Shown one piece after another: positions 40,800 through 51,696 of a stretch of DNA of 64,000 nt (positions are counted from its first letter, which is position 1; the number at the start of each line of letters is the position of its first letter). Source of the stretch: Acidimicrobiia bacterium (GTDB lineage: Bacteria; Actinomycetota; Acidimicrobiia; Spongiisociales; Spongiisociaceae); NCBI GenBank assembly GCA_965200835.1, contig OZ241390.1, forward strand, positions 450,518-514,517, written 5' to 3'. A program made the translations under genes and the position numbers. Under the pieces are notes generated by a model that made no database searches, was not told the DNA's origin, and was given only the letters and a program-made list of their open reading frames with translations.

Positions 40800-41117
40800 T
40801 CAACCGATGAGGGCTCGGATCAGGGTCAGCACCGTCCGGCTGAAGGCCAGATCCACCAACACTATGTAGCCCGTCAGGATGCCCGCCGTGACGACGGTCA
40901 CCGTGGTGAAGGCGATCATCTGCTGGCGGGTGGGCCATGCGACCCTCTTGAGTTCGGTCCTTACCTCACGGAGGAACTGGACCAGTCGAGCCCAACGGCT
41001 CAGTTGCTCCTTTCCGCGGCCTCCCGTTCCAGCAATGGGCGAACGGCGGCCCCGGTTTCCCTTCTGCTTGCTGCGCCGCTCCTCGCGATCGGCGAGCCGG
41101 CGCATCTCGCGGTTCAT
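40800..41117 (-). CDS. secE: preprotein translocase subunit SecE
   Basis: Basic N-terminus, a single C-terminal TM helix (LREVRTELKRVAWPTRQQMIAFTTVTVV...), and its position between tRNA-Trp and nusG. Confidence 0.8.
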   Translation of the reverse strand: MNREMRRLADREERRSKQKGNRGRRSPIAGTGGRGKEQLSRWARLVQFLREVRTELKRVAWPTRQQMIAFTTVTVVTAGILTGYIVLVDLAFSRTVLTLIRALIG

Positions 41118-41173
41118 CGTATGTGTTCCTGTCCTGTATGAGTTCTACCGGCGGATCTAGCCCCGGATGAGCC

Positions 41174-41250
41174 TGGCAGGGGCGGAGGGACTCGAACCCT
41201 CAACCTCCGGTTTTGGAGACCGGCGCTCTGCCAATTCGAGCTACACCCCT
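41174..41250 (-). tRNA. tRNA-Trp (anticodon CCA), CCA 3' end encoded
   Basis: Cloverleaf by eye: acceptor AGGGGTG/CGCCCCT, D-arm GCTC..GAGC, anticodon loop CUCCAAA, T-arm GAGGG-TTCGAGT-CCCTC, discriminator G, CCA. Confidence 0.9.
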
Positions 41251-41305
41251 CGGCCGTGGGCAAGAGTATAAGAAGTGGCGGGGCCCAGTGTAAACCGGAG
41301 GCTGG

Positions 41306-41704
41306 TCAACCGGACTGCAATCGGAGCCGGCGACCCACCAACACCAGACCGATGGCAGCCACGGTAGCCACCGAAGCCACTGCCGCGGCCGCGACCGGAA
41401 CCCGCCGGGAGGCGGGAGTCTCGACGGGCCGATCAGACAGGATGCCGGTCGGATGGTCCAAAACGGGGGTCATATCGTACGGCAGCGGCTCATGCTCCTC
41501 CCGCAGGGACCGGAGACCGCTCATGATCTGACGCTGCCGGACGGTGGCTACCTGGCAGAGGAGACAGGCCTGGCGGTGACTCTCGAGCGCCAGGGGAAGT
41601 CCGTGAGCTCCGGACTCGACGTCGTACAGGATGGACCTGGTCATCCAGCAGGCGGCGCCTCGTGGCAGGCGGTCGAACATGTTGCGGGCCATTGTCGGGC
41701 TCAC
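41306..41704 (-). CDS. zinc-binding (ZAS-type) anti-sigma factor, membrane-anchored
   Basis: H-x3-C-x2-C motif (HRQACLLC) in the N-terminal domain and a C-terminal TM helix (VAAAAVASVATVAAIGLVLV). Overlaps the upstream ECF sigma gene by 4 nt. Confidence 0.6.
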   Translation of the reverse strand: MSPTMARNMFDRLPRGAACWMTRSILYDVESGAHGLPLALESHRQACLLCQVATVRQRQIMSGLRSLREEHEPLPYDMTPVLDHPTGILSDRPVETPASRRVPVAAAAVASVATVAAIGLVLVGRRLRLQSG

Positions 41705-42264
41705 ACCGCCTCCCGGAGCATCTCACGCAACCGTAGGTGGGCGCGGTGGAGGCGTACCTTGGAAGCGGTCACGGAAATGGACATGGACTCGGCGATCTCC
41801 CGGTGTGACCAGCCGTAGATGTCCTTGAGTACCACCACCGCCCGCTGGTTACGGGGAAGGCGCTGCAGCGCCCTCTTCAGAATGGCCCTCAGTTCCGTCC
41901 GCTCTCCCGCCGCCTCGGGATCCCCGCTGCTGTCAGCGCGGGGCTGGTGGATCATCTGGTCGAGGTCGTAGGTGGACTGGCGGGCTGCGCGGCCCTTGAG
42001 GGTCCAAGCCACGTTGGCGGTGATCCGGTAAAGCCAGGTACTGAAGCTGGCGTCTCCCCGGAACCGGTCGATTGCCCTCCAAGCGCGCACCAGGGCCTCC
42101 TGGGTGACATCCGCCGCCAGGGTTCGATCCCCCGTCAAGCGAACCGCCAATGTGTATACCTCGTGTTGATGTAAACGGACCAGCTCCCCGAAGGCGGACT
42201 GATCACCTCGGCGCGATCGCTCCACCAGCTCGCTGATATCGGTTTCGACCCGCTCCCCCGGCAT
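41701..42264 (-). CDS. ECF (group IV) sigma-70 family RNA polymerase sigma factor
   Basis: Region 2 (LVRLHQHEVYTLAVRLTGDRTLAADVTQEALVRAW) and region 4 (VVLKDIYGWSHREIAESMSISVTASKVRLHRA). Start at MPGERVE (ATG 42262-42264). Confidence 0.85.
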   Translation of the reverse strand: MPGERVETDISELVERSRRGDQSAFGELVRLHQHEVYTLAVRLTGDRTLAADVTQEALVRAWRAIDRFRGDASFSTWLYRITANVAWTLKGRAARQSTYDLDQMIHQPRADSSGDPEAAGERTELRAILKRALQRLPRNQRAVVVLKDIYGWSHREIAESMSISVTASKVRLHRAHLRLREMLREAV

Positions 42265-42268
42265 CAGG

Positions 42269-43156
42269 TTACCGGCTCTCACTTGCCCGGCGGGTTCGCG
42301 CCTCGATGGAAGCCACCACGTGGCTGCCCGCATCGGAGATCACCGACGCTCGGACGGTCGCCCGGCGTTCGGTCCGGCTCTTGACGGTGGTCTCCACCCG
42401 GGCGGCTAGAGCAGGATGTAGAGGGTGCCGGAACCGGAATCGTCCCTTTACCAGAGGATCGGGCCGGTCGATCGTGGCGGTGACCGGCTGCATCGCCCAG
42501 GCTGCCATCAACAAACCGTGACAGATGACCCCGCCGACTCCGGAGTCCACCGCCCGGCCATGATCCCAATGGACCGGGTTGAAGTCCTCGGATGCGGCAG
42601 CGTAACGGACGAGATCCGACCGGGATGCCGACTTGGCCAGGGCGGGAAGGGCTATCCCGGGAACCGGTAGCTCACAGGCAGCCGGAGAAGCGTTCTGCCG
42701 GCGAGCATCAGGCTGAGGTTCCTCCCGCTCGCTGAACCCGCCTCCCGGCGGTTGGCTGTCGGACATCAGGAACAACGACCGGGAAGAGAGAACACTTCGA
42801 TCGTGGTCATCCTTCACTTCCACGCCGAAGGTGACGAAGGAAGTGGCGCCACGCTGTCGCAGGCGAGTGATCCGGCCCTCGACGGACAGGTGGGACCCAA
42901 TCCGCCAGGGTGCCTTCCAGGAGAATGCCTGCTCGCCGTGAATCATCAGGCGAATATGCGCGGCCATGTCGGGATCGGCGAAGAAGGCAGGCGCCACCTT
43001 GAACAGCACCGCGGCCGCGAACGAAGGTGGCGCACAGTTACTCCACCGATGGGGATCGTCGCCCGTGGCTGCTACGTAGGCCGCTACTTGGGCTTCGCTG
43101 ACCCGAAAGGTTACCGGTCCGTAGGAACGACCAGCTAGTTGCTCGAGGTCGCTCAC
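42269..43156 (-). CDS. double-hotdog (two MaoC-like domains) dehydratase, HadAB-like (3R)-hydroxyacyl-ACP dehydratase candidate
   Basis: 295 aa with two hotdog halves. It sits between rpmG and tRNA-Trp/secE, where hadA/hadB sit in mycobacteria. GTG start. Confidence 0.65.
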   Translation of the reverse strand: MSDLEQLAGRSYGPVTFRVSEAQVAAYVAATGDDPHRWSNCAPPSFAAAVLFKVAPAFFADPDMAAHIRLMIHGEQAFSWKAPWRIGSHLSVEGRITRLRQRGATSFVTFGVEVKDDHDRSVLSSRSLFLMSDSQPPGGGFSEREEPQPDARRQNASPAACELPVPGIALPALAKSASRSDLVRYAAASEDFNPVHWDHGRAVDSGVGGVICHGLLMAAWAMQPVTATIDRPDPLVKGRFRFRHPLHPALAARVETTVKSRTERRATVRASVISDAGSHVVASIEARTRRASESR

Positions 43157-43166
43157 CTCCGGTCCA

Positions 43167-43349
43167 CTAACGCTTCTCGCGATGAAGGGTATGCCTCCGC
43201 AGGAAGGGGTTGTACTTCTTGAGTGCCAACCTACCGCGGGTGTTGTTACGGTTCTTGGTGGTGATATAGCGGGAGGGGGGTTTCCCTTCCGCCCGCGCCT
43301 CGGTACATTCGAGGGTGATCTTGATACGGCTCCCCTTCTTCTTGGCCAT
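43167..43349 (-). CDS. rpmG: 50S ribosomal protein L33
   Basis: 60-aa sequence ([17 protein letters not shown]...[17 protein letters not shown]) is typical of L33. Confidence 0.9.
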   Translation of the reverse strand: MAKKKGSRIKITLECTEARAEGKPPSRYITTKNRNNTRGRLALKKYNPFLRRHTLHREKR

Positions 43350-43409
43350 GGTGGACGCCCTTCTCCTGGCTGACTGGTAACTAGGTGCAGGTAGCTTTGG
43401 TGGTTGTGG

Positions 43410-44597
<1,188 letters not shown>

Positions 44598-44676
44598 GTG
44601 TTTACTCCTCTGATTCGGGCCGGAAGAGGCTCATACGTTCCATCGGTCGGCCATCTGCAATAGACGAGCCGACCGC

Positions 44677-44754
44677 TGGTAGCGGCGGGCAGACTCGAAC
44701 TGCCGACCTCTCGATTATGAGTCGAGCGCTCTTACCACACTGAGCTACGCCGCC
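44677..44754 (-). tRNA. tRNA-Met (anticodon CAT, elongator-like), CCA encoded
   Basis: Acceptor GGCGGCG/CGCCGCT, anticodon loop CUCAUAA, T-arm GGCAG-TTCGAGT-CTGCC. Confidence 0.85.
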
Positions 44755-44799
44755 TCGGGCTGGGTAGGGTCCACCTGATCGGCAGACGCCTGCCTGTCG

Positions 44800-44873
44800 A
44801 GCCCCCTTCCGGATTCGAACCGGAGACCTCCTCCTTACCATGGAGGCGCTCTGGCCTACTGAGCTAAGGGGGC
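44800..44873 (-). tRNA. tRNA-Thr (anticodon GGT)
   Basis: Acceptor GCCCCCT/AGGGGGC, D-arm GCTC..GAGC, anticodon loop AUGGUAA, T-arm TCCGG-TTCGAAT-CCGGA. No CCA encoded. Confidence 0.85.
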
Positions 44874-44908
44874 AAGGTTCCGACGGGCGTAGCTGCCCGC
44901 CGTCCTAG

Positions 44909-44991
44909 TGCCGGGAGAAGGATTCGAACCTCCGTAGGCATCCACCGGCAGATTTACAGTCTGCTCCCTTTGGCCGCTCGGGCATCCCGGC
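44909..44991 (-). tRNA. tRNA-Tyr (anticodon GTA) with long variable arm
   Basis: Acceptor GCCGGGA/TCCCGGC, D region CCCGAGCGGCCAAAGGG, anticodon loop CUGUAAA, long variable arm, T-arm GGAGG-TTCGAAT-CCTTC. Confidence 0.85.
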
Positions 44992-45063
44992 ATGGTTTGC
45001 GTAGCGCGTGGATCTTAGTCGCAACCGTCGTTAGTGAGAACCGGGACCGTCCACGCCAGCTGT

Positions 45064-45912
45064 TCAGGTGCGGTAATACATCTGCTCGAGCCGTTCGATC
45101 CTCTTCTCGATGGGGGGATGGGTCGAGAACAGAGCCATCGACCCACCACGACGACCGAACGCCTTTAGGGGATCAGCGATGAACAGCTGGCTCACCGCCG
45201 GATTGACATCCATCGGAACCCGCCTGGTAGTGCTGCCCAACTTGTCGAGGGCCCGAGCCAGATTGAGCGGCTGGCCGGTCATCCGGGCGCCGGAGGCATC
45301 GGCCTGATACTCGCGGGCCCGTGAGATGGCCATCTTAATGATCATCCCGGCGATCGGTGCCAGGATCACCGCTGCCAGGGTGATGACCAGGCCGGCGGGA
45401 TTGTCGCGCCGGTCCCCCCCACCGAACCAGAAGGCTATCCGGCTGAAGATGGTGAGGGCGGCGGCCAACATGGCGGCCACGGATGAGATCAGGATGTCGC
45501 GGTTCTTCACGTGGGCCAGCTCGTGGGCCAGCACCCCTTCCAGCTCCTCGTCCCGCATGATGTGAAGAATTCCGGTGGTCACCGCCACCGCCGCGTGCTT
45601 CGGGTTGCGCCCGGTGGCGAAGGCGTTGGGCTGGGGGGAGTCGATCAGGTGGATGGACGGCATCGGCATGTCCTCGCTAGCAGCGAGGCGGCGGATCATG
45701 CCGTAGACCTTGGGCAGCTCGTGCTCCTCGACCGGGCGAGCCTTGCTCATCTTCAGGGCAAGCTTGGCGGAGAAGAAGTAGGCCGCGAAGTTCACGACCC
45801 CCGCAAAGAGCAACCCGAGGATCAGCCCGCGCTCGTCGAACAAGACATAGCCAAGCAGAACGGCGAGGGCGCCTATGAGGCTAAGGAGAGCGACCGTCCG
45901 AAGGTTGTTCAT
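45064..45912 (-). CDS. htpX: zinc metalloprotease HtpX (peptidase M48)
   Basis: HEXXH motif HELAHVKNRD, N-terminal TM helices, 282 aa. Confidence 0.85.
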   Translation of the reverse strand: MNNLRTVALLSLIGALAVLLGYVLFDERGLILGLLFAGVVNFAAYFFSAKLALKMSKARPVEEHELPKVYGMIRRLAASEDMPMPSIHLIDSPQPNAFATGRNPKHAAVAVTTGILHIMRDEELEGVLAHELAHVKNRDILISSVAAMLAAALTIFSRIAFWFGGGDRRDNPAGLVITLAAVILAPIAGMIIKMAISRAREYQADASGARMTGQPLNLARALDKLGSTTRRVPMDVNPAVSQLFIADPLKAFGRRGGSMALFSTHPPIEKRIERLEQMYYRT

Positions 45913-45973
45913 GGCGACCGATACTAGCTACCAACGCGCCCAACCAGTACCCGGGCACCAGGACACTGCCGAC

Positions 45974-47026
45974 TCAACGGTGGGCCACCAGCACGAGGAA
46001 GTCACCGAGACCTCTAGGGTGAAGGAGGGTCTCGATGTCCTTGGTCCTGCTCCGCACTACGAGCCGCTCCTCCCAGCTACCCGCTCGAGCAAGGGCGAGT
46101 TCCTCCTTCCGCAGCCCAGCCAGGCGGTCACGGAGCCCGAGACGGGTGAGCAGCTCGTGCTGCCGCTCCAGCTCGGCGGTCAACCCATGATCGACCGCCA
46201 CATCCGCCAGCGCTGTGAAGTTCACATCGGCAGTCAGGTCGGTCATACCCGGTTCGGCCAGGGGGTGAGGTCCGAGGTGATGGTTGCGGTAGGTGCGCAA
46301 AGTCCCGTCCTTGCGCCGGGGAATCAGACCGGCCGCCGTGTCGCCATAGTCGATCACCAGGATCGACCCGGCCACCATCCGCTCGGCCAGCCCCGACAGC
46401 CAGGCTTCCGCTCCCAACTGGCACTCCACCACCCCACCTTCCGGGGGTCCGGGCGCGAACCTATCCAGCCAAGCCGACACCTCCGGACGGACGGGTGCTT
46501 GGACGAAGGCCAGATCCCCTCCGTCCCGACCCACCCAGCGTTCCGTCCAGCCGCTCGCTTCGCGCACCGCGATCGCCATTGGCAGGTTGTCCGCCACCTC
46601 GTTGGCGACTACCACCCCTCGCAGTCGAGCTGGAGTACCACCGGGAGGCACGACTTCCGCGTGGGGGAGGCGTTTCCTGATGGTCCCTCGGGCTGCGGAC
46701 GACACCTCGACAGCCACCACGCGCGGGCTGAAGGACAGGTGTTCGACCAGCGGTTCGAGCAGCGAGCCCGACCCGGCGCCCACCTCGACCAAGGTGAAGT
46801 CAGATGGTGCTCCCAGGCGCAGGTACTCCCCCTCCACATACCGGGCCAGGGTGGCACCGAACTCCGGGCTCACTTCCGGGCTGGTCAGGAAGTCCCCGCC
46901 GGAGTGTGAACGGAGCGGCCCGGAGGTGAAGTACCCCCCGTCCGGGTCGTAGAGGACCAGGTCCATGTAGACATCGAACGGGATCGGCCCCTGCCGAGCG
47001 ATCCGGTCCAAGATCATGTCGTTCAC
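45974..47026 (-). CDS. class I SAM-dependent methyltransferase, MidA/DUF185 family
   Basis: LVEVGAGSGSL SAM-binding motif and overall MidA-like length (350 aa). Confidence 0.65.
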   Translation of the reverse strand: MNDMILDRIARQGPIPFDVYMDLVLYDPDGGYFTSGPLRSHSGGDFLTSPEVSPEFGATLARYVEGEYLRLGAPSDFTLVEVGAGSGSLLEPLVEHLSFSPRVVAVEVSSAARGTIRKRLPHAEVVPPGGTPARLRGVVVANEVADNLPMAIAVREASGWTERWVGRDGGDLAFVQAPVRPEVSAWLDRFAPGPPEGGVVECQLGAEAWLSGLAERMVAGSILVIDYGDTAAGLIPRRKDGTLRTYRNHHLGPHPLAEPGMTDLTADVNFTALADVAVDHGLTAELERQHELLTRLGLRDRLAGLRKEELALARAGSWEERLVVRSRTKDIETLLHPRGLGDFLVLVAHR

Positions 47027-47129
47027 AAGGACCGCTCTTTACCTGGCACCACCAGAACCCTGCCGATCGACACGACGTGGTAGCAGAGCAGCGCAGAAGA
47101 ACGGCACGACTCCGCGCGGTAAGTCCGTC

Positions 47130-47954
47130 CTAAAGCCTTGGGAGCAGGGCAGTGAACAGAGCGGCGAAACGGCCGGATGCTTGGTTGGCGCACTCGATTA
47201 CCTCCTCACCCGTGAGCCGGTGGCCAGCGAGTCCGGCCGCCCGGTTGGTGCATAGGGAGATGGCCAGCACGTCCGCTCCCATGTGGCGAGCGGCGGTCGC
47301 CTCGGGCACCGTCGACATGCCCACCAGGGATGCCCCCAGCGTGATCGCCATCCTGATCTCGGCGGGTGTTTCGAACATCGGACCGTGCCACCACAGATAG
47401 ATGCCTTCCCGAAGCTGGACCCCCGCTTCTGCTGCCGCCGACCGGGCCTTGTCCTGGAGGGCCGGGGTGTATACGTCGGTCATGTCCGGGAAGCGGGGGC
47501 CCAATCGCTCGTCGTTGTCCCCCCTGAGGGGACTAATTCCGGCCAGGTTGAGGTGGTCAGTGATCAGAACCAGGTCCCCCGGTCCGATCCCCTCGCCGCA
47601 TCCCCCAGAGGCATTGGTGAGCACGACGGTGCGGCATCCGGCCAGCACAGCCGTGCGGACGGCGAAGGTGATCTCGTCCGCGGCATATCCTTCATAGGCA
47701 TGGACCCGTCCGGAAAGGAGCAATACCCGGTTGCTACCGACTCTCACAGAGTAGGCAGTTCCGCCATGACCCATAGCGGCCGGTAGGGGGAACCCCCGTA
47801 TGTCGGAGTACGGAACGGGCACCGCGTCGGGAAACCGGTCCGGGTAGCCACCTAGTCCGGAGCCCAGCACCACCACCATGTCGTGGCGGTCCTGGCCGGT
47901 GTGTCGGGCCAGGTCGCCTGCAGCCTGTGTCAGACGTTGGTACAGATCACTCAT
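47130..47954 (-). CDS. purine nucleoside phosphorylase (trimeric PNP/MTAP-type, PunA-like)
   Basis: Phosphate-binding GSGLG, LTNASGG, MSTVPE motifs of the PNP/MTAP family. Confidence 0.85.
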   Translation of the reverse strand: MSDLYQRLTQAAGDLARHTGQDRHDMVVVLGSGLGGYPDRFPDAVPVPYSDIRGFPLPAAMGHGGTAYSVRVGSNRVLLLSGRVHAYEGYAADEITFAVRTAVLAGCRTVVLTNASGGCGEGIGPGDLVLITDHLNLAGISPLRGDNDERLGPRFPDMTDVYTPALQDKARSAAAEAGVQLREGIYLWWHGPMFETPAEIRMAITLGASLVGMSTVPEATAARHMGADVLAISLCTNRAAGLAGHRLTGEEVIECANQASGRFAALFTALLPRL

Positions 47955-47993
47955 GAGTACCTAGCCGGCCGTCCGCCACGGTGCCACCAGTCA

Positions 47994-48713
47994 TCACGTA
48001 ATGAGAGCATCGAGACCGACCCTTACCATCGCTTCAACACCTTCGTATACCACCACCCGGTGGGGATCGTAGACCTTCTCCCGGTGGATCGGATTGCCGT
48101 CCGCCGCCAGGATCGCTCCGGTCTCGACCCCGTTCAGCGCACCGTTGACGAACAGAGCTGCGCACTCCATCTCGACCGCCACCGCACCCGCTCGGTGCCA
48201 TAGATCCAGGTCACCGCCCAATACCTCACCCGGATAGAACAACGAGTGGGTAAGCACTACCCCCTCGTGAAACCGTCGGCCAGCTGCGGTAGCCGCCCGC
48301 CGTAGGGCCATCGTCACGTCCACCGAGGCAACCGCCGGGAAGGAGGCGGGCAACATCGAGCCGGTCACGCCGTCCTCCCGGATGGCCGCCGTCACGATCA
48401 CCAGGTCACCGTCCTCCACTTCGATCTTCAGCCCACCGCAGGTGCCGGTGCGGATGATCCGCTTCACCCCGGCCCGGCTAAGTTCCTCGAAGCAGATAGC
48501 CGCGCCCGGTGCTCCGACACCGTGCGAGGTGACCGCTACCTCCACTCCATTGTGCAGACCGGCGTAGGTGACGTATTCGCGGTAACGCCCGAGCAGGCGG
48601 GCATCCTGCAGGCAGGTGGAAGCCAACTTGGCCCGGCTCGGGTCACCCATGACCAACACTCCCTCGGGGATCTCATCAGGATCCACCCTGAGGATCGGGG
48701 TTCTTTCGGCCAT
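47994..48713 (-). CDS. nucleoside phosphorylase, PNP/UDP family 1 (DeoD/Udp-like)
   Basis: PF01048-like fold (VLVMGDPSRA...TGTCGG...VEMECAAL). 239 aa. Confidence 0.7.
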   Translation of the reverse strand: MAERTPILRVDPDEIPEGVLVMGDPSRAKLASTCLQDARLLGRYREYVTYAGLHNGVEVAVTSHGVGAPGAAICFEELSRAGVKRIIRTGTCGGLKIEVEDGDLVIVTAAIREDGVTGSMLPASFPAVASVDVTMALRRAATAAGRRFHEGVVLTHSLFYPGEVLGGDLDLWHRAGAVAVEMECAALFVNGALNGVETGAILAADGNPIHREKVYDPHRVVVYEGVEAMVRVGLDALIT

Positions 48714-48822
48714 CCGGCTACCTCCTCGCTCGTCTTGCCTGGTCTACCAGGGCACTGATTCAACCAGTATGGATCGACTGGGCGGCGGCGCCGCGTCGGT
48801 TTCCCGGCCGTGGCCCAGCGGA

Positions 48823-50847
48823 TCAGACAACTCGGGCGTCGCCTCCATCGATCGGGATCTGGGCGCCGGTAGTGGCCGCGAAAGCGTTGCCGCAGAGCAG
48901 GCCAACGACCCTGGCGACCCTGTGAGAGTCAACCTCAGTGCCTAGCAGGTTCCGGGTGCGGTACTGCTGGGGGGTCATGCCATAGGCGGTGGCCCGCTGA
49001 GCGATCAGTTCCTCACTCCATAGACCGGTGTCGAACACACCGTCGGGATGGACCAAATTCACCCGGATTCCCTCAGGTGCCCACTCGAGGGCCGCCACCC
49101 TGGCCAGCTGCGTCACCGCCGCCTTGGAAGCCGAGTAGGCGACTGCCTCTCGCCCGGGCGCCGCCACGTTCTTCGATCCGATGATCGCTACCCGACCACC
49201 TACCGGAGAGCAAGCCAGCAGCGGGTAAGTGGAGGCAAAGAGGCTCGCCACCGCGTCCGCGTTGATCGCCAGAGTCGACCGCCAACCTCCCAGGTCCAGA
49301 TCCCCGATGGCCGCGGACCGGCCGAACACTCCGGCCGCGGACACCACTATGTCCACCCCTCCGAACCTCTCGACCGTTCTATCCAGCGCGGCCGACTGTG
49401 CCGAGGGATCGGTCACGTCGACTTCCAGCCCCAGCCAGGCCGACCCATCGAACGTTCCCTCCACTGACGGATCCCGATCGAAGCCAGCCACCGCGCAGCC
49501 GTTGGAGAGAAGCTCTGCCGCACAGGCCCGCCCGATGCCCGATGCGGCTCCGGTTACCACCGCCACCATCCCGGCGAACTCCGGTGGTTCGCCGGCGCGA
49601 CGAAGCTTGGCCTGCTCCAGATCCCAGTACTCAACTTCGAACAAGTCGCCGGCACCCAACGCCACATAACCCTCCAGATGATCCTCCGAACGCTCGAGAA
49701 CCGGCATGGTGTGCCGGTAGATGTCGGCCGCGACCGCGGCAGCCTTGGAAGTCTCGCCCACCGTGAGGACCCCGAGGGCCGGATCGACCACGACCCGCGG
49801 TGCCGGGTCGAGCATGGTCAGCTCCGTACGACCCCGGTGCCGGTTCTCCGCGAAGTACTGCCGGTAACTCTCGATGTAGCCATCTACGTCCCGGCCGACC
49901 ATGGGGAGGCGCTTGGTCCTGATCACATGGTCGGGAGTGAGAGGGCCGCGGGTGGCCAGGCTTTCGAGATCGGGCCGCTGCACGAACCGAGCCGCCGCGG
50001 CATCCGCATGGCGGGCCATGATCATGGGTCGGCCGGCGGCCTCCGAAATACGCCGCCGGAGGTCAGCGAGGTCCGATGGGCAGGCGGCGGGGAGAGGGGT
50101 GGGGTCGGAAGTGTCCGGCAGCGGGGCGTGGACCTCGAGCCAGCGCTCCACGGTGGTGATCAGGTCTATATGGCAGTCATAGGCGGTTCTGGTGGTATCT
50201 CCGAAGGTAAACAGCCCATGGTTAAGCAGCACCATGCCGATCGTCCCGTCGTGGTGCTGCTCCTCCCACACCTCGACTACCGCCCGGGCGAGGTCGAAGC
50301 CTGGCATCACGTAGGGAACCACCATCACGGAGGAGCCCAACACCTCCCTGACCAGCCCTTCCCCGTCAGCCACGTTGGTGAGGGTGACGACCGCATCGGC
50401 ATGGCTGTGCTGGACCGCTCGGTAAGGAATGAAACCGTGCAGGAGGGTCTCGACGGAGGGCTGGGGGGCGGCGGGATCGAGCCGGGCCGCCGAGAGTTCC
50501 CTCATCATGTCCGGGTCTGACAGGTGGTCGAGCGCGAGCAGTTGCTGCAGCCGGTCGAGTGGGAGCGGTGTGAACCCGGGTGCCTCGATGGTTGCCATGT
50601 CCCAACCGGAGCCCTTCACGTAGAGCGCCGGTATCACCCGTCCCGTTATGTCCTGGAAGGGGGCTTTGATAGAAGTGTTGCCCCCGCCGTGCAATACCAG
50701 GTGAGGGTCACCACCGAGCAACCGGGACCCGTAGACACACTCCCCCAGTGGACCCTCGAAGGTAGCTGCGTGGTCACCCCGCCATCGGTTTCGCATTCGA
50801 TCCAATCTCCGTTCGTAGTAGGGAAGGCTAGACAATGGCCGGCTCAC
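48823..50847 (-). CDS. bifunctional class II aldolase (rhamnulose-1-phosphate-aldolase-like) / short-chain dehydrogenase fusion protein
   Basis: N-terminal class II aldolase/adducin domain (HGGGNTS...HSHAD) fused to a C-terminal SDR (VAVVTGAASGIGRA...YSASKAAV). 674 aa. Confidence 0.8.
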   Translation of the reverse strand: MSRPLSSLPYYERRLDRMRNRWRGDHAATFEGPLGECVYGSRLLGGDPHLVLHGGGNTSIKAPFQDITGRVIPALYVKGSGWDMATIEAPGFTPLPLDRLQQLLALDHLSDPDMMRELSAARLDPAAPQPSVETLLHGFIPYRAVQHSHADAVVTLTNVADGEGLVREVLGSSVMVVPYVMPGFDLARAVVEVWEEQHHDGTIGMVLLNHGLFTFGDTTRTAYDCHIDLITTVERWLEVHAPLPDTSDPTPLPAACPSDLADLRRRISEAAGRPMIMARHADAAAARFVQRPDLESLATRGPLTPDHVIRTKRLPMVGRDVDGYIESYRQYFAENRHRGRTELTMLDPAPRVVVDPALGVLTVGETSKAAAVAADIYRHTMPVLERSEDHLEGYVALGAGDLFEVEYWDLEQAKLRRAGEPPEFAGMVAVVTGAASGIGRACAAELLSNGCAVAGFDRDPSVEGTFDGSAWLGLEVDVTDPSAQSAALDRTVERFGGVDIVVSAAGVFGRSAAIGDLDLGGWRSTLAINADAVASLFASTYPLLACSPVGGRVAIIGSKNVAAPGREAVAYSASKAAVTQLARVAALEWAPEGIRVNLVHPDGVFDTGLWSEELIAQRATAYGMTPQQYRTRNLLGTEVDSHRVARVVGLLCGNAFAATTGAQIPIDGGDARVV

Positions 50848-50904
50848 AGATGGCTGCGAAGCGGACCGCCGGGTGTCCGAGGCTGAGGCCAGCGGATCGG
50901 CTCG

Positions 50905-51687
50905 TCAGTAAGGAGTGTCTCCCCCGTCGACATTGATGGCCTGGCCTCTGATGATCAGGGCGTGATCCGAGAGCAGGAAGGCGATCACCCGACCGACCTC
51001 CACGGGCGCGACCCGCCTGCCGAGCTGGGCCGGTCCCATCCCGGCCAGGAGCTGATCGGCCGGTATGTCGAGATGGGGCGATAGCCAATCCGCCACTTCC
51101 CGCAACATGGGGGTGTCGACCCCACCGGGACACACCGCATTCACGTTTATATCGTGCTCGGCCCACTCCATCGACAGTGACCGGGTGAGTCCGAGCACTG
51201 CCGACTTGGAGGCGTTGTAGGCGGCCATGTTACGGTAGCCGACCTTCCCGCAGTTGGACGAGACGTTGACGATGGCCCCTCCGCCACGCTCTCTAAGATG
51301 CCGGCCCACCGCCTGCGCAACCAGGAAGCTGCCCGTCACGTTCACATCCAGCTGGTGACGCCAGTCGGCCGCGCTGGCCTGCCAGGCCTCGTCGAGGGCC
51401 ACCACGCCGGCGTTGTTGACCGCTCCGTCGAGCCGTCCGAGGTGATCCAGGGTGGCTTGGACCATTCGTGTCACCTCATCCTCCGAGGTCACATCCGCTC
51501 GGAAGGCAGCCGTCCCGGCGCCGGCGGGATCGACCTGTGCCGCCACTTCCCGCGCACCTGCCAGATCTCGATCGACCAGGGCAACCCGGCCGCCCTCCTC
51601 CAGGATTGCTCGGGTGACCCCAGCCCCGATCCCTCCGGCCGCGCCGGTGACCACGTACACCCGTTCGTCCAGCCGGCGGTCACTCAT
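50905..51687 (-). CDS. SDR-family oxidoreductase
   Basis: VTGAAGGIG Rossmann motif and YNASK catalytic motif. Confidence 0.75.
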   Translation of the reverse strand: MSDRRLDERVYVVTGAAGGIGAGVTRAILEEGGRVALVDRDLAGAREVAAQVDPAGAGTAAFRADVTSEDEVTRMVQATLDHLGRLDGAVNNAGVVALDEAWQASAADWRHQLDVNVTGSFLVAQAVGRHLRERGGGAIVNVSSNCGKVGYRNMAAYNASKSAVLGLTRSLSMEWAEHDINVNAVCPGGVDTPMLREVADWLSPHLDIPADQLLAGMGPAQLGRRVAPVEVGRVIAFLLSDHALIIRGQAINVDGGDTPY

Positions 51688-51696
51688 CCGGTGTAC

